Positions 24,024-37,759 of a DNA stretch of 64,000 nt are shown here, in pieces. Origin of the DNA: Octopus vulgaris (taxonomy: Eukaryota); assembly GCA_951406725.2 (NCBI GenBank), contig OX597814.1, positions 26,226,001 to 26,290,000 of the forward strand, given 5' to 3'. Numbering within the stretch: position 1 is the first letter of the stretch; each line of letters opens with the position of its first letter. Below the pieces are notes generated by a model that saw nothing but the letters and a program-made list of their open reading frames with translations, made no database searches and had not been told where the DNA came from. The translations under genes were made by a program, and so were the position numbers.

Positions 24024-24060
24024 TTATATATGTATGAATATATGTATATATATACATATG

Positions 24061-24228
24061 ACTGAGTTTGGTGTGTTTACGTACCCGTAACTTAGCAGTT
24101 CAGCAAAAGTGTCCGGTAGAATAAGTACTAGGTATACAATGAATAAGTCCTGGGGTTGATTTGTTCAAGTAAAGGTGTTGCTCCATCATGGCCACTATAA
24201 AATTACTGAAACAAATAGAATAAAAGAA
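24061..24228 (+). mobile_element. tRNA-SINE 3' fragment
   Basis: Matches 26160-26320 (cccgtaacttagc..agaataagtactagg..gctcca.catggcc). Confidence 0.75.
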
Positions 24229-24559
24229 TATATGCATACATATATATATAATATATATGTATATATTATATATGTGTGTGTGTGTGTGTGTGTACATGCC
24301 TGCGTATATTTTGTGCATTGTGTTTTTATCATTATTTATAATATTAATATTACAATTAATCAGGTTCATGGTGTTTTTCATCATATGGTCTTTTTCAGTT
24401 TGTTTTTTTTCCTTTCAGTTTACAGTTTATTTCCCTATGACAACATTGCCAGTACTTTTTTTATACCCTTTTCAAATATGAGTTACAACTTTAATTATAA
24501 ATTGAATGAGCAGAGATGAAATTATATTTTTTGTAGCAAAATAAATTTTCTCAATATCT

Positions 24560-25080
24560 TAAGGCAGCAAATTTGCAGTGTCCTTTGTGTTCTAGGTTGG
24601 AAAAGAGGTGGAGGTTTTTGGCAGGAATGTGTCATTTTTAGCCAGGAGAAAGAAACCTTTTACAATCATATATTCTGTGAAAATCAAGTTTGTTTAGTGG
24701 ATCCAGAACATTATCAATGACAACTTTAGCAGATCATTATACATCATTGCCAAGGAGCTCAAAGTGATGAAGTCACTTTAAACTGATATCCTCAGTTCCA
24801 AACATGGTTGATGAGAACAAGTAAAATCCTTATGTAATAAAGTGAAAGCAGTACATGTATGGCAAAATGAAGAGGAACTATGTGATTATATGATCTTCTA
24901 ACATTGTGCAGCTTCCTACCTCTCTTGAATTGACACCCCTGAATAGCTACAGAATGGTCATCATTGAAAGGAGTACCAACTGACAGCCCAATGATATCAT
25001 ACTCATTTCAAGGTTTTGTAGCAGATGTGATAGGAAGCATGAGCCTGGGTCGACTCATCATAGTATGCAGAAAATTTGCC
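24560..25080 (+). mobile_element. Possible highly degraded Tc1/mariner (DD37D-like) transposase fragment
   Basis: Trace peptide PTSLELTPLNSY near 24917-24950, resembling SPDLNPLDY; heavily mutated. Confidence 0.3.
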
Positions 25081-25906
25081 TTAATAAATTCTGTCTAACC
25101 CTTATGAGCATGGAGAAGTAAATGCTAAAATGATGATGATGCTATGCTGTTTCTTGTTTTGTTAGGTATCTTGGTGTATATTGTTTTCTTCTCAGAGGCT
25201 CAGTACACCCTGTATACTGATATATGTAATCTGAATATATTTCAAACCAACTTGTAAATATATATGCTTACACACACACTCACACATGTATGTAAGTATA
25301 ACCCCATCAATAAATTTATATCACTACTTAATAAAATCTCCATGATTAAATCTTTTGAGAATTAGTTAATAAGCTTCAGTTCTTTTTTTAAAACTACATC
25401 ATAAATTACATGTTCTTTACCTGTGTTTTACTAGTAAATACTAATGTTATGTAGTAATCATTACAGGGTTGATTGCATAATAATATTGGAACACCAGATC
25501 TTCATATTCACACAGTTTATATCTGTATCAGTACAATAATACACAAATGTACCCAACATTTAATCATTGTTAACTAATAGTACCTGGACATAGAAATTCT
25601 ACTGCAACAATTTCTGATTATGCAAGCATAGACATTATGCAAGTGGACATTAACATGCTTATATTGATGATTTATATTTGTATCATTATTTTATGTCTGC
25701 TTTCTAAGATAACATGGATTGTCACAACTCATGTCAGCACGTATTCAAGGGTATTATTCACCTAAATGTTTTATTTTTCATTATCTCCATAAGGTGTAAC
25801 AGCTTTGGATTTGTCTTCATCACTTCATCTCAAATGTCCCTTGGTCTCCTTCAGGTTCCATTAACTTTCATTGTATGGCACATTTTAATTCTTCTAAATG
25901 TCTCCA

Positions 25907-26071
25907 GGAGTGGCTGTGTAGTAAGTAGCTTGCTTACGAACCACATGGTTCCGGGTTCAGTCCCACTGCGTGGCACCTTGGGCAAGTGTCATTCTACTAT
26001 AGCCTCAGGCTGACCAAAGCCTTGTGAGTGGATTTGGTAGACGGAAATTGAACGCCCATCGTATATGTGTG

Positions 26072-26117
<46 letters not shown>

Positions 26118-26324
26118 TTTATGTGTCTGTGTTTGTTCCCTCAACATCGCTTGACAACTGATGCTGGTGTGTTTGCGTCCCCGTAACTTAGCGGTTCAGC
26201 AAAAAGAGACCGATAGAATAAGTACTAGGCTTACAGTCCTGGGGTCGATGTGCTCGACTAAAGGCGGTGCTCCAGCATGGCCACAGTCAAATAACTGAAA
26301 CTAGTAAAAAAGAGTAAAAGAGAG
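25907..26324 (+). mobile_element. Full-length tRNA-derived SINE
   Basis: Pol III A box (tggctgtgtagtaag) and B box (ggttcagtcc), ccttgggcaag core, internal TA/TG tract, A-rich gagtaaaa tail; several partial copies elsewhere in the window. Confidence 0.88.
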
Positions 26325-26374
26325 TATATGCATCACCTGCCTATATCAATACAGTGTTCTTTTTTGCACAACTT

Positions 26375-26768
26375 GACGAGTAAAGCCCTATGGAGCATAG
26401 GCCATCAACAACCTTTCTCCACTGTTCTCAACTCCAGATTTCTTTCCTGCTTCTCTTCAGTTGGAACCCTGCTTTATCAGTTGTGACTTTGCAGCTTCCT
26501 TTTGAAGTTTGCTGCACCACATCACATTTTCCTAAGGGAAAGCTCTCCTTTTCAAGGTCTTGTTGGTTTTGAATTGTCATCAATGCTTCTGTAACTGTTT
26601 TTTGGTGTTGGTGCTACTCGTCTTTTTTCTAGGAAGAAGAGTTCCATATTAGTCTGGCCTCTATCCTTTGATCTGTCCAGCATGGGAAGCCCTACCAGGA
26701 ACTTGCACTTTGCCAGCATAGTTCTCAGGGTGATTAAAGTAAACAATCTACCATACCAAAACAAGGAC
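26375..26768 (-). mobile_element. Short internally deleted RTE derivative (5' UTR joined to 3' end)
   Basis: Minus strand begins ccttgttttggt..gagaactatgc..ggtagggcttcccatgctggacagatc (RTE 5'-UTR-like) and ends WRKVVDGLCS (RTE C-terminus-like). Confidence 0.55.
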
Positions 26769-27329
26769 TGGACATTCTCTCTTGCACACTACACATGATT
26801 TCTCAGATGTTCAGTGTTCATCTCATGTCATTTGTGCTCTGTCATTCATGCACACTAGTGTTACACATCCATTAGAGCATGCTTGATTTAATTCATTCTA
26901 ATGTTAGTAGATCCCTTGCATTCAAAACTCGTGTCTCATTACATGTAGTAGTGCACTTCGCTCTCGGTCATCATCTACTGCCTTTATTGAGAAACCCTTT
27001 GTTGCTATTAGAAATAATAGTTTCTTGAACTTCTACCAGATGGCTCTTACTCGGATTTCTCTGCTCTCTATGTGTGTGTATATATACATATGTTTGTGTA
27101 TGAATATATGTCTGTGTATATATAGATGTGTGTATATAAACCATAAAAGTCAGGATGTATGAAAAGTATATATTTAGTTAACCACATGGCATCCTTAGGA
27201 TTACAGCTATTTTGCAATCTTCTTCATGTAGTATTAATTATGTTTACATGAAGAAGTTATACTTACATAAAGAAATTATGCTTACATGTTTGCATTAATA
27301 TGCATGCTTGGCGTCATACATCGGTCTAC

Positions 27330-28035
27330 AGATTTATGATACCCCAACTCCTATGCCAGTGTTTGCTACCTCCTCCTTCCTGAGCCACTTCTCTCTCTCT
27401 ACTATCAACCAAACTATCTTACTTGTTTATTCTTGACTACATCCACAATTAGCCCCTTCTCTGACCATTTGTTGCTCCCCTTTCACACTTTTATGAAATT
27501 ACCCACTCTTCGCTTCTCACTAAATCCGTTGTCTATATACTCCCTTATTATCACCTTCTTGTACCTTGAAAGTATGGTTTGACTCCCCATCACTACCATC
27601 ATTATCTTCTTTCTTGTTACTCTCACCCACTTACATATAATGCAGGATAACCACGTATCTCTTGTATAGCAAGACACCTGTGCTTGTCCCTCTATCATAC
27701 TTTAGCCTTCAACACCTGGCATAAAGCCACTCCACGTTTCAAATACCATCTCACTCAGTCAAGGGAGCTTTTTCGTCTCTTTTCTTTCATGTTTTTATTT
27801 TTTCCTTTTTTTGACTTGCAATTTATTTGGCAACCTCACCAGTGCTGGTTTTGGAAAAACCCAGTACACTCTATAAAGTGGTTGGATATAGAAAGGGCAT
27901 CTAGCCATAGAAACTATGCCAAAATCGACATTGGAGCCCTACAAGTTTTGCAGCTCATCAGGTCTTATCAACCCATCCAAGTGATACCAGTATGAAAAGT
28001 GGATGTTAAACGATGATGATGGCAATGACAATGAT
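27330..28035 (+). mobile_element. Non-autonomous element with a pyrimidine-rich body and RTE-type (GAT)n tail
   Basis: 3' part gggcatctagccatagaaa..ggatgttaaacgatgatgat; same architecture as 55160-55732 and 63055-64000. Confidence 0.55.
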
Positions 28036-28821
28036 GCTTCCACCACTGCCACTGCTGCTGCAACTAAGAAGATAAAGAATAAATTAGGCACATCTTTATT
28101 AGTAGTTGCAATTGTTTTGGTATCACTCCACTATCAGTGCCATTGCACATGAATGATTCCATGTGAAAAGTAACACAACATGTGTGACTGGTTATAATGG
28201 AGTGTTATTTCACCAGACTAGCATCAGAACATGCATTCTTATAATACATTGTGCTATGAAAATGTATTTTATGTTGCTTATATAGAGAGGAAACATGACA
28301 ATATAAGTATAAAATAAAAATATAAATGATGAATGGAAACATTAAAACAAGGCAATAATTTGAAGAAAATAAAGAAGGAAAAAGAACAAAATGCCCCTAA
28401 AAGACACCAATAAGAGTAATCTTAGTGGTTCAAATGGCATTTCTCACTTGTACCACTAAGATTACACTTTTATTGTTGCTAGTATTAATATTTTATTATT
28501 GTTAGAATTATTTGCATTGTTCTTCTCCAGCATCTTTTTTTTCGTTACTTAATCATTATTATTATATTGTTTTCATCATTCTTATTCTTATTTATATATG
28601 TTATGCATCTGCCTGGATTGGAATTTATTGAGGTAGATTTCCTACAGCTTGATTCTCTTTTTGTCACCAACCTTCACCTGTTTTTTCAGGTATGGTTTCG
28701 AGGAAGACTGGAAATAAGGACAATGCTTGCTTGATAGTGACACTCATTTACAAAACTATCACATGACATCCAAACACATGTGTGCATGCACACTCACACA
28801 TACACACACAAACACACACAT

Positions 28822-28985
28822 ATGATGGGTTTCCTTTAGTTTCTGTTTACAAAATTCACTCACAAAGCTTTTGTCAGATCAGGGATATAGTAGAAGACAC
28901 TTGCCCAAAGTGCCATGAAGTGGGACTGAATCCAGACCTTGTGGTTGAGAAGCAAATATCTCACCACACAGCCATGTCTTCACCA
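28822..28985 (-). mobile_element. tRNA-SINE 5' half
   Basis: Reverse complement of 25907-26065. Confidence 0.75.
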
Positions 28986-28998
28986 AAATATATATATA

Positions 28999-29538
28999 TA
29001 GGTGACTGTGTGGTAAGAAGCTTACTTCCCAACCACATGGTTCTTAGTTCAGTCCCACTGTGTGGCACCTTGCAGAAGTGTCTTCTGCTATAGCCTTGAG
29101 GTGACCAAAGCCTTGTGAGTGGATTTGGTGGATGGAAAACTGAAAGAAGCCCATCGAATATATCATCATTATCATCAGTTAACATCCAGGTTGCACAGTT
29201 TGATAGGAGCTGGCCAGGCAGAAGACTACACCAGGCTTCAGTTCTATTTTGATATGGTTTTTAGACACTGAAGCCTGGTGCAGACTTCTCCGTAGCCAGC
29301 TCCTGTCAAGTGTGTGTATCTTTTTGTGTCTGTGTTTGTTCCCAACCACTGCTTGACAACCCAGTACTAGTGTGTTTACATACCCCATAAATTAGCAGTT
29401 CGGCATAATGAGACTGATAGAATAAGTTCTAGACTTTAAAAGAAATACTGAGGTTGTTACATTCAACAAAAAGTTCTTCAAGGTGGTGCCCCAACATGGC
29501 CACAGTTTAATGACTGAAAGAAGTAAAAGATAAAAGAT
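28999..29538 (+). mobile_element. tRNA-SINE with an inserted RTE-tail fragment (~29160-29310)
   Basis: Head and tail match the 25907 SINE; the internal (CAT)n-ttaacatcc piece is in the opposite orientation. Confidence 0.8.
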
Positions 29539-29981
29539 ACTCACACACACACACACACACACACACATACAGACTCTGTGTTAAAAAGTGTATTCCTAAT
29601 TGCATATAACTGCATTTCTAAATGTTGTAATGAGTTTATTTTTAATTGCATTTACATTAATTACTGAAAAAATAATGCTGTAATATACTATACACATATA
29701 TGTTCACATATTTATTAGTTATTTAAAATACACACTGCTAATAATTGAAGTATAAATGTATAAATATGTATTTTAGCCTGGTGGGGAAAGAAATAACTGT
29801 GTTATTTCTCCACAATTTCAGTTATCCAAAAGTCAGTAAAGGAAAATTCATAAGTAATTCAAATTAGAGAAAAACGTATTTCCTTAATGAATTATCAATT
29901 ATTTATTAGTTTGTCTACAAATATGTTTTGCTCTTAGTTTTATTGTAATATGCTAAAAATCTTATTTATGTCAACGTTTGG

Positions 29982-30243
29982 TGTATGTATGTATGTATGT
30001 ATGTATGTATGTATGTATGTATGTATGTATGTATGTATGTATGTATGTATGTATGTATTTGTGTGTGTGTATGTATATATGTATATATATATATGTATGT
30101 ATATATATATGTATGTATGTGTATATATATATATGTATGTATGTGTATATATATATATGTATGTATGTGTATATATATATATATATGTATGTATGTGTAT
30201 ATATATATATATGTATGTATGTGTATATATATATATGTATGTG

Positions 30244-30282
<39 letters not shown>

Positions 30283-30345
30283 ATATATATATGTGTGTAT
30301 GTATATGTATGTATATATGTATGTATATATATATGTATGTATATA

Positions 30346-30405
<60 letters not shown>

Positions 30406-30426
30406 TACATATGTGTGTGTGTGTGT
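29982..30426. repeat. (TATG)n/(TA)n/(TG)n compound microsatellite
   Basis: Direct reading. Confidence 0.95.
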
Positions 30427-33177
30427 ATTTGGAGGGTGAAAATGCATGAAAGATTAAAATATGGTAAAATAGAGATGGCTTAATATGAAATAGTTCAAGT
30501 ATCCATTTAAATTTAAAAACTATTCCAAATATTTACGGCAATAATTTGTAATGTAAATATGCAAATTTGAACGAACACCTATTCAACAAATAACAAGGAG
30601 TGGGGAAGTAGAAGAAAATTTTAAGTTTATAAAACGAAGGAAAATATAGAGAAAACACTTGGAATTTTTTCCACTTTATAATCTTCTAGAAAGCTACAAC
30701 CTAACATTATTATCTAGCTTATCTCAGTGTGTTCACTTACAAATTCCTGCTTAGATTTTTGTTGTTGCTATTGCTAACAGCAGCAGTAGATGCACTATGG
30801 GTTGTGGTGATTGAGTGGCAGTAGTAATGGTACTGGTAGTGGTGTAGGTATTAATGGTGGTGGTATGAATGAAGGTAGCAGAGGAGGACATTTTTTTTTT
30901 TTTTTTATCGATATTTGTCACATTATAAATGCATGCACCAGCACATCTCCCACCTCCATTCTGATCTCCACTACTGCTGTTGTGAGAAGGTTTGATCCAT
31001 ATATGACTCACTAGCACTCACATTTCTATTAAGAGTCACCACAAGTGTCATTGTAAAGACAATTAACCCTCATAATTTTTCCCTCTCCAGCATAATAGCT
31101 CACTGTTTTCTGAGCGCAGATTGGCCAGTTCAGACTTTTAGGAATTGTTGGTGCTAACTTAGTCTTGAAAGCTTTGTATAAAAGAAAGAGAATATTTCAA
31201 AAACAGCTTGGTAAAGTGGAACTAAAACAAGCCAATATGTGTGGCTTTTAACAATAGCAGTATTCTATGTTTCAGGAATACTGCAAGATGCTTCCAAATT
31301 CCAATTTCAATTTCCACAGACCATTACTGATTTTGAGAAACAAAATGAATAGTATTTTCTTTTAAAATGAAGTTCATAATTTTTCTTTGTTTTATTTTTT
31401 ATCTATAAATTTTCAGTTTTTGTTTCTTTTATTGTTTTAACATGTTTCTTTTTAAAGAAACCATTATTTCCAACTAATTTTAATTTAATAACAAACTTTT
31501 GAATCTCTAAAAATGTTGAGTTATCCATTAGTATGCCAGCATTTTGTGGACAAGTATGTTTTAGTCAATCTTGTATATAAGGATATATTTGTCATACATT
31601 AATTTCAGTGGAATTCTATTCAGAAAAGTTATATAAGTTTGAAATTTTGGCTCAAAATATTTTATAGCTTAGTCACTTGTCTAAATAATACATTTTCTGT
31701 CATAGCTTTGAAACACTATTTTTCAGTTAATGATATAATCTTCACAGATATACAAATTTTCTGATGGTGATATGTTAATCAATGACTATTGGTATATTAT
31801 TATTGTTAATATACTTCTTTTATGTCTCATCTAACATAGATGATTTGTGGTTGTTCAATATATATCTGGTCAGGTCTGCCAAAACAGACACTTGATACAT
31901 CAAATTAAAAGATGATATTACTAAAACTAATCTATATATTATAGATCTTTCACTTGAGATCTGACAATATAGTTGTGTCAGGTATGTTACCATTTTCTAA
32001 GCATTCTAACTACGACCTTTTTAAATTTATTGTGTGACATACTATTTTCAAATTTGTGAATATAACATGTGGTCCCTATTTTAAAGAGAATTTGTTGAGT
32101 GAAGTCTGAATTGGTGAAGTGATTAACATAGAAACTTATGCTGATTTGAGCAGCTCATTCTTTGATTTAAATATTTCACTCCTGATTGAAGCTAACGGAT
32201 GAGAAAATTGATACAAAGTTAATTTTTCTATCCTCTGTAAATCTAACCCTTTCAGCTCATAGTTCATTGCCATTCACATGGTTATCATCCTCATCATTTA
32301 AATGTCTTTTTTTTTTTTACTGACATGTACTAGCAAGTCTGTAATATGGCCAATTTATGCATATCATGGCACTGCATTAACTTATCTATGGTGTCCAATG
32401 TTCATAGGGCTGGCATAACTACTTCGTCCAAACTTTTTCTTGAGCTTGCTTCATTACAAGTACTTTTCATTAACTAATCATCCATCATCTATTTGATGGC
32501 TAATCTATACCATTGCAATTATATCTTCTTCATATATTAATCAGCCAATACCTTTAGTAAAAAGCCAATATTCTCAAATCTTTTTCATTCAACTTTTCCT
32601 TTAATTAACATTTTATGTCAAGTTTAATGACAGTACTCTGCTTGTTTCTTTGCATTCACTAACCATACTTATACTGTCATGTAGTATTACACTTATTGAA
32701 GGAATACACTTCATAGACATATAGATGTAAGTGTAGTTAAGAAGTTCCCTTTACAATCATGTGATTTTATGTTTGCTCCAACTGAGCAACACCTTGGGCT
32801 AGTGTCTTCTACAGCCCCAGCCCAACCAATGCCTGATAAGGAGGAGGAGGAGGAGGAGGAGGAGGAGTGTAACAATAGTAATAATAGTTTCTGAAATAGG
32901 CACAAGGCTAAGAATTTTGTAAAACTGTACTTGATTGGTACTTTTTTTTATCAACCCTTGAGAGATGCAAGGCAAAGTTCATCTCAGTGGAATTCGAATT
33001 CCCAATGTAAAGAGCAAAGCATGTCTTTCAATACTCTAACAATTCTAGCAGTTTGCCCTTCTTAATTTCTGGTGTAGGCACAAGACCAGAAATTTAGAGG
33101 AGAAGTGACTAGTTGTTACCAAAAATCACTACTAGCCATAGATCTACATCATGTCCATTGTCTCTTATTGGGACTCT

Positions 33178-33820
33178 TACAAGGGTGGACTGAAAATTTC
33201 ATAAGTTGACTATGAAGGAGTGAAATCCTGTATGCATTAATTTAAAATCTTATTAACTGCATTGTTTCTATCCAGGTAAACTGAAATCTCACTGTTTCAA
33301 AATGACTTCAAAACCTAATTAGTAACAGCTTCTTTTGTAAATGGACAAAATTTGGTATGATGGTGTTATCAAATAGCTGCAGGAAAAGAGTTTATGCCCC
33401 AAGGATATTCATGCTAATATGGTTGCTACAATCTTAACACTCTAGCTTAATCAACAGTGCAAAAGTGGGCAGCTGAATTTAAGAGGGTAAAGGAGAGTCA
33501 TAAAGATGAACCAAGATCTGAACATCCAGCAATTGCTACCACCAAGGAAAACATTAACTGTGTTCATCACATGGCAATGGATGACAGGTATAAATCAAAC
33601 AGCCAATGCTGTTAGCATATGTCATGAGAGAGCTGAGTATATTATGCACAATGAATTTGGCATGATAAAGGTTTCTGTTCAGTGGCCACATCTGATGCCT
33701 GATCAAAAATTCACCAAGCTGATCACAAATCACATTCTCTGAGGTAGATCCAGCTGGCTTTCTTGAATGCTTCCTAATCCAGGATGAGTATAGGGTTCTT
33801 CCCTTTGATCCAGAAACTCT
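33178..33820 (+). mobile_element. Mariner transposon, 5' half
   Basis: TA plus TIR caagggtggactgaaaatttcataagttgac; STVQKWAAEFKR..D peptide. Same family as 52237-53461. Confidence 0.8.
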
Positions 33821-36800
33821 GTATAGTCAGAGGTATGTTGACAATTTCATCCTGTGTTTTGGCTACATTACTTGTTTTAAAGCACAGCAAATGGTATCAT
33901 ACCATTTGTCATTTTCCTTTGTGATAATTTCCCCCACTATGTCTTGGTGAGCCAGTTGTACAATTTGACATGAAGGGAGATTTCATCTTAATGTGTGTGC
34001 CATTTTGAAAGCATGTAAACAAAGATGTATAATATTTCTATTTGCCCTCTCCAGCATTGTCTCCTGTGGCAAAGAAATACAGTTGGGATTTATAAAATTC
34101 TCCACCTTTTATTTTGTAACCATAAGTTCATTCTTCGTGTTCATGTAATGGTGAACAAAGATTTGTCTTCACACAATTGCTATATGAACAGGCTACAGTA
34201 TTTGGAATCATCTACTGTAGTTGTTGATGCTACTGTCACTGTATTCCAAATCACTTATTTGTATATTTGGAATATTTTGTTGTCCTAATTTAAATTTTTT
34301 TTAGCCATTGTTTTTGTTGTGTGAAATAATTATGTATGGTACCAACTTTCATCATCATCATCACCATCGTTTAATTTTGGATGTGGAAATGTAATGTGTT
34401 TAAATAAAATTTTAAAAAGGCAATAGAAATTTCTTTTGGCAATGCTTCAAGTGTTTCTTAGGGAGAATTAAAAAGACACTTCCATACTGTACTTGCTCCT
34501 GTGGCTAATAAAAGAAATTATCATCATTGTTATTTTTCTTTTAACTATATTATTAATACTGTTGGGAATCTAATGTGCATTACAATATCTGTGCCAATCT
34601 GGAGGCATGGAATGTTATAAAGGCAATGTGTTAGAAACCACTTCAATATACTAGCCCTAAGACGTTGTGACAGAGCTATAGCAAGATACACCCAAACAAA
34701 TAGATATGAATTTTTTAAAGACATGTTGCAAAGAATTTACAAGTTATCATGCCAGTAAAGAGAGATTTAACTGCATACCTATCACAAATTGTTTCATCTC
34801 CTTGTGATAGTGACAATTATTATTCTTGTTGTTGTTGTAACACATAAAAATAGCACACTTTTATATGTTGCAACATAAAAATATAATTTATCTTTCTGCA
34901 CCAACTATATCATATTTATGACAGAAAGGATATAAAAACAGTACTTTTATTACAGAAAATATATAAATGTTACAGTTGCAGGAGGCGTCACAACTATAAA
35001 AGATAATTTCACATACCTCTAACTCTCTACTGGCCTCTTTCAATTTTTATTAACCACCACCACCATCATCATCATTTCCACTGCCACCACTACATACACA
35101 TTCATTTTAGCATCATAGCACAACCCAATTTCAGTGCTGAACAGGTATTTTTCCATGTTCAAACTAATGCCTCACTGGAACATATTTCCTATCTTGAATT
35201 CAATTATGATAAATTTTCACATTTTGGTAAAGTCAGAGCTGCTCTTATTAGAATACATACACAATTGTATGCACTTTGTTATTTATTTTTATATTTATAC
35301 CATAATCTTTTCTCATAAATCAAGAAAGCTCTGTCACTGCTAATTTACTATTCTGAATCTAATTATTAATCTAATTAATCTCCATTGAATGTTATTTTAA
35401 TCATTATAGTAAATTAGAAACTTCAGTTTTCTAGTGTGTTGATTTTCTAGGTTGTATCTAATTTCCTTAGCTTATGCAACTTAAGCACTTAAGCATGTGT
35501 ATCACATTTCTCTTTTTTCCTTTTCTTTTATCCTTTAAATATTAGGTTTTAAATTTATTGTGAAGAATAAGTAAGCTAAAGAGAGAATCAATGTTAATTA
35601 CTTGATCTGTTGAAGATAGAAGCCAAATTTCTCTCAAATCATGCTCTGATACTTTTAAATAGAAAGGTATATTTGATATTGTAGCACTCAATACATTATA
35701 TGAAAAGAAAAGCACTTTTGATTACAGGGATCTGCTTGATTAGAGTTGATATGAAATTAGACAACGAAAACAACAGGTAATTACTCCCATGTACATTATT
35801 TGAGATTGAAAGCTAATATTTGGGTAAGAGAGGAAATAAAAATTTGTAATATACATACAATTTCCCACGTATGTTAGTTACATAAGGAAAAAAGCTACAA
35901 CTAAAAAGAGCACCAATACAGTAGAAAATTTCAATTTATAATTTACTATAATAATAGAATCATAGAAAGTTGTATCCAATATCAGATATGCTTTTTAAGA
36001 AAAGGTAAAAAAGTATTTTTCCATATAATGTATTTGAATGTTATATGTCCAACAGTTGTAATAAAGCTATAGACTTTCAGATTAAAACAAAGATCTATTG
36101 ATTAAAAATAATGAGTTCAACATTTACTGTGATCAAAGAATTTTCACAATTATTAGTAGCCAATGTAGCTGAAAAATCTGATCTTGTTTAAGCTCAGATC
36201 AATCCTGATTAAATAGACCTATGCTTAATAGCATTGAAACTGTGGCAGTTCCATTTTTACTCTGCTGTACTGTATCTAAGATTGCAATATCCAGAGTATG
36301 TTTCTTTTGAGAAACCAGGCTGTGATTTGAGAGTGATTTGGTTGCAATTTCTAGATCATCAGCTATGGTGAAGACCCATTGTTGGCTTAGCACTAAAATT
36401 TGAAGATTCTGTTTCATTTGAACTGATGTTTACTACTAGAGAACAATAAATATCAGTTCAATAAAGTTGAAAATTGAGTAATGTTAGTGAAGCATGAGGG
36501 GACAATAATTCTGATGTTTCAAATAGAAAAGGTACGAGTTTACCTTTAAGAGAATTTACCAGTTGTAAAATTACATTTCTAACAATGCATATTAATGCTA
36601 AAATTTACAGTCACATTTAAATGATATTCATATAGGTAAAAAAAAAAAAAAGACAATGCAAGTTGCTGATTCTCTTGACACAAAGTTTGAAGCTTGTAGT
36701 TTCTGACTAAGTGACTACCTCAATGACTTCCACCCAACACCATGTAAGCATGGAAAAGTGCATGTTAAAAGGATGATGATGATAATGATAATGACTTAAT

Positions 36801-36964
36801 GTCACCCCTATTTCTGTGGAGAGCACACCTGAGAAAAGAAGGAATGATAAATTTATTTGACATGCTGAAGGTCAGAAAGTGGCCTAATATTCAAAATTTG
36901 CTGTGATCAGTAAATTGTCCCCATAATTCAAGCATGGTATTCATTTATTTCTAACCAATGGCCA

Positions 36965-37400
36965 ATCCTCATCACCATTGTTCAACGTCCATTTTCCATG
37001 CTGGCATGGGTTGAATGGTTTCACTGAGGTCTGGAGAGCTAGCAGCTGCACCTGGCTCCAATCTGATGTGGCAATGTTTCTACAGCTGGATGTCCTTCTT
37101 AACGCCAACCACTCCGAAAGTGTAGTGGGTGCTTTTTACATGCCACCGGCACAGGAGCCACTCAGGCAGGCCTGGCATCGATCACGTTCAGCTAGTGCTT
37201 TTTACATGCCACTGGCACTGGGGCCAGTCAGGAAGTACTGGCATCAGCCACGTTTGGATGGTGCATTTTACATGCCACCAGCATGGGATCCAGTTAGGGG
37301 CCACTGGCCACTGCTACAATATTGGTTTTACTTGACTCAATAGGTCTTCTCAGGTGTATCATATCATCCAATGCATCAGGGGTACTCTTAACTGGGCCGT
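36965..37400 (-). mobile_element. RTE family A 3' UTR with 66-bp tandem units
   Basis: UTR motifs; units start at 37129, 37195 and 37261. Confidence 0.8.
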
Positions 37401-37433
37401 AGCTCAAGATGGGATTTTGAAAATGAGAAGAGA

Positions 37434-37663
37434 TTAACCCTTTTGTTACTATATCTTTGTTGAAGTACACTGCCTTTATTTCAATTAATTTTGAAAATAA
37501 TGAAATATTTAGTAAACTGACTTTGTCATTATTAATCTAGTGCTTGAAATATAAATTGCTATGAAATTTTGATGATAGGCTTTCATTTAGATCATTTTAA
37601 AACAGTAAGTTTGTAAAATAGAACCAAGAGTGGTTTCAGGCAGGTTGGTATCAAAAAAAGTAA
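37434..37663. mobile_element. piggyBac-like MITE
   Basis: TTAA-CCCTTTTGTTAC at the left end; degenerate GGTATCAAAAAAAG-TAA at the right end. Confidence 0.55.
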
Positions 37664-37759
37664 AAAATTTTTCTGTTGTCAATTTAGTACTTGATCACAT
37701 CTTGAAGTGATCAGTCAAGATCAGTCACTAAAATTTGGATCCTGTCAGCGACACTATTT

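Larger units (their letters stand above)
25810..27065 (-). mobile_element. Old RTE-A-related 3' fragment split by two nested insertions
   Basis: 25810-25905, 26325-26372 and 26770-27065 align by eye, in order, with 17690-18100. Confidence 0.55.

Noticed and set aside
25907-25985. tRNA gene
   Set aside because: A and B boxes belong to a multicopy SINE head; there is no full cloverleaf.
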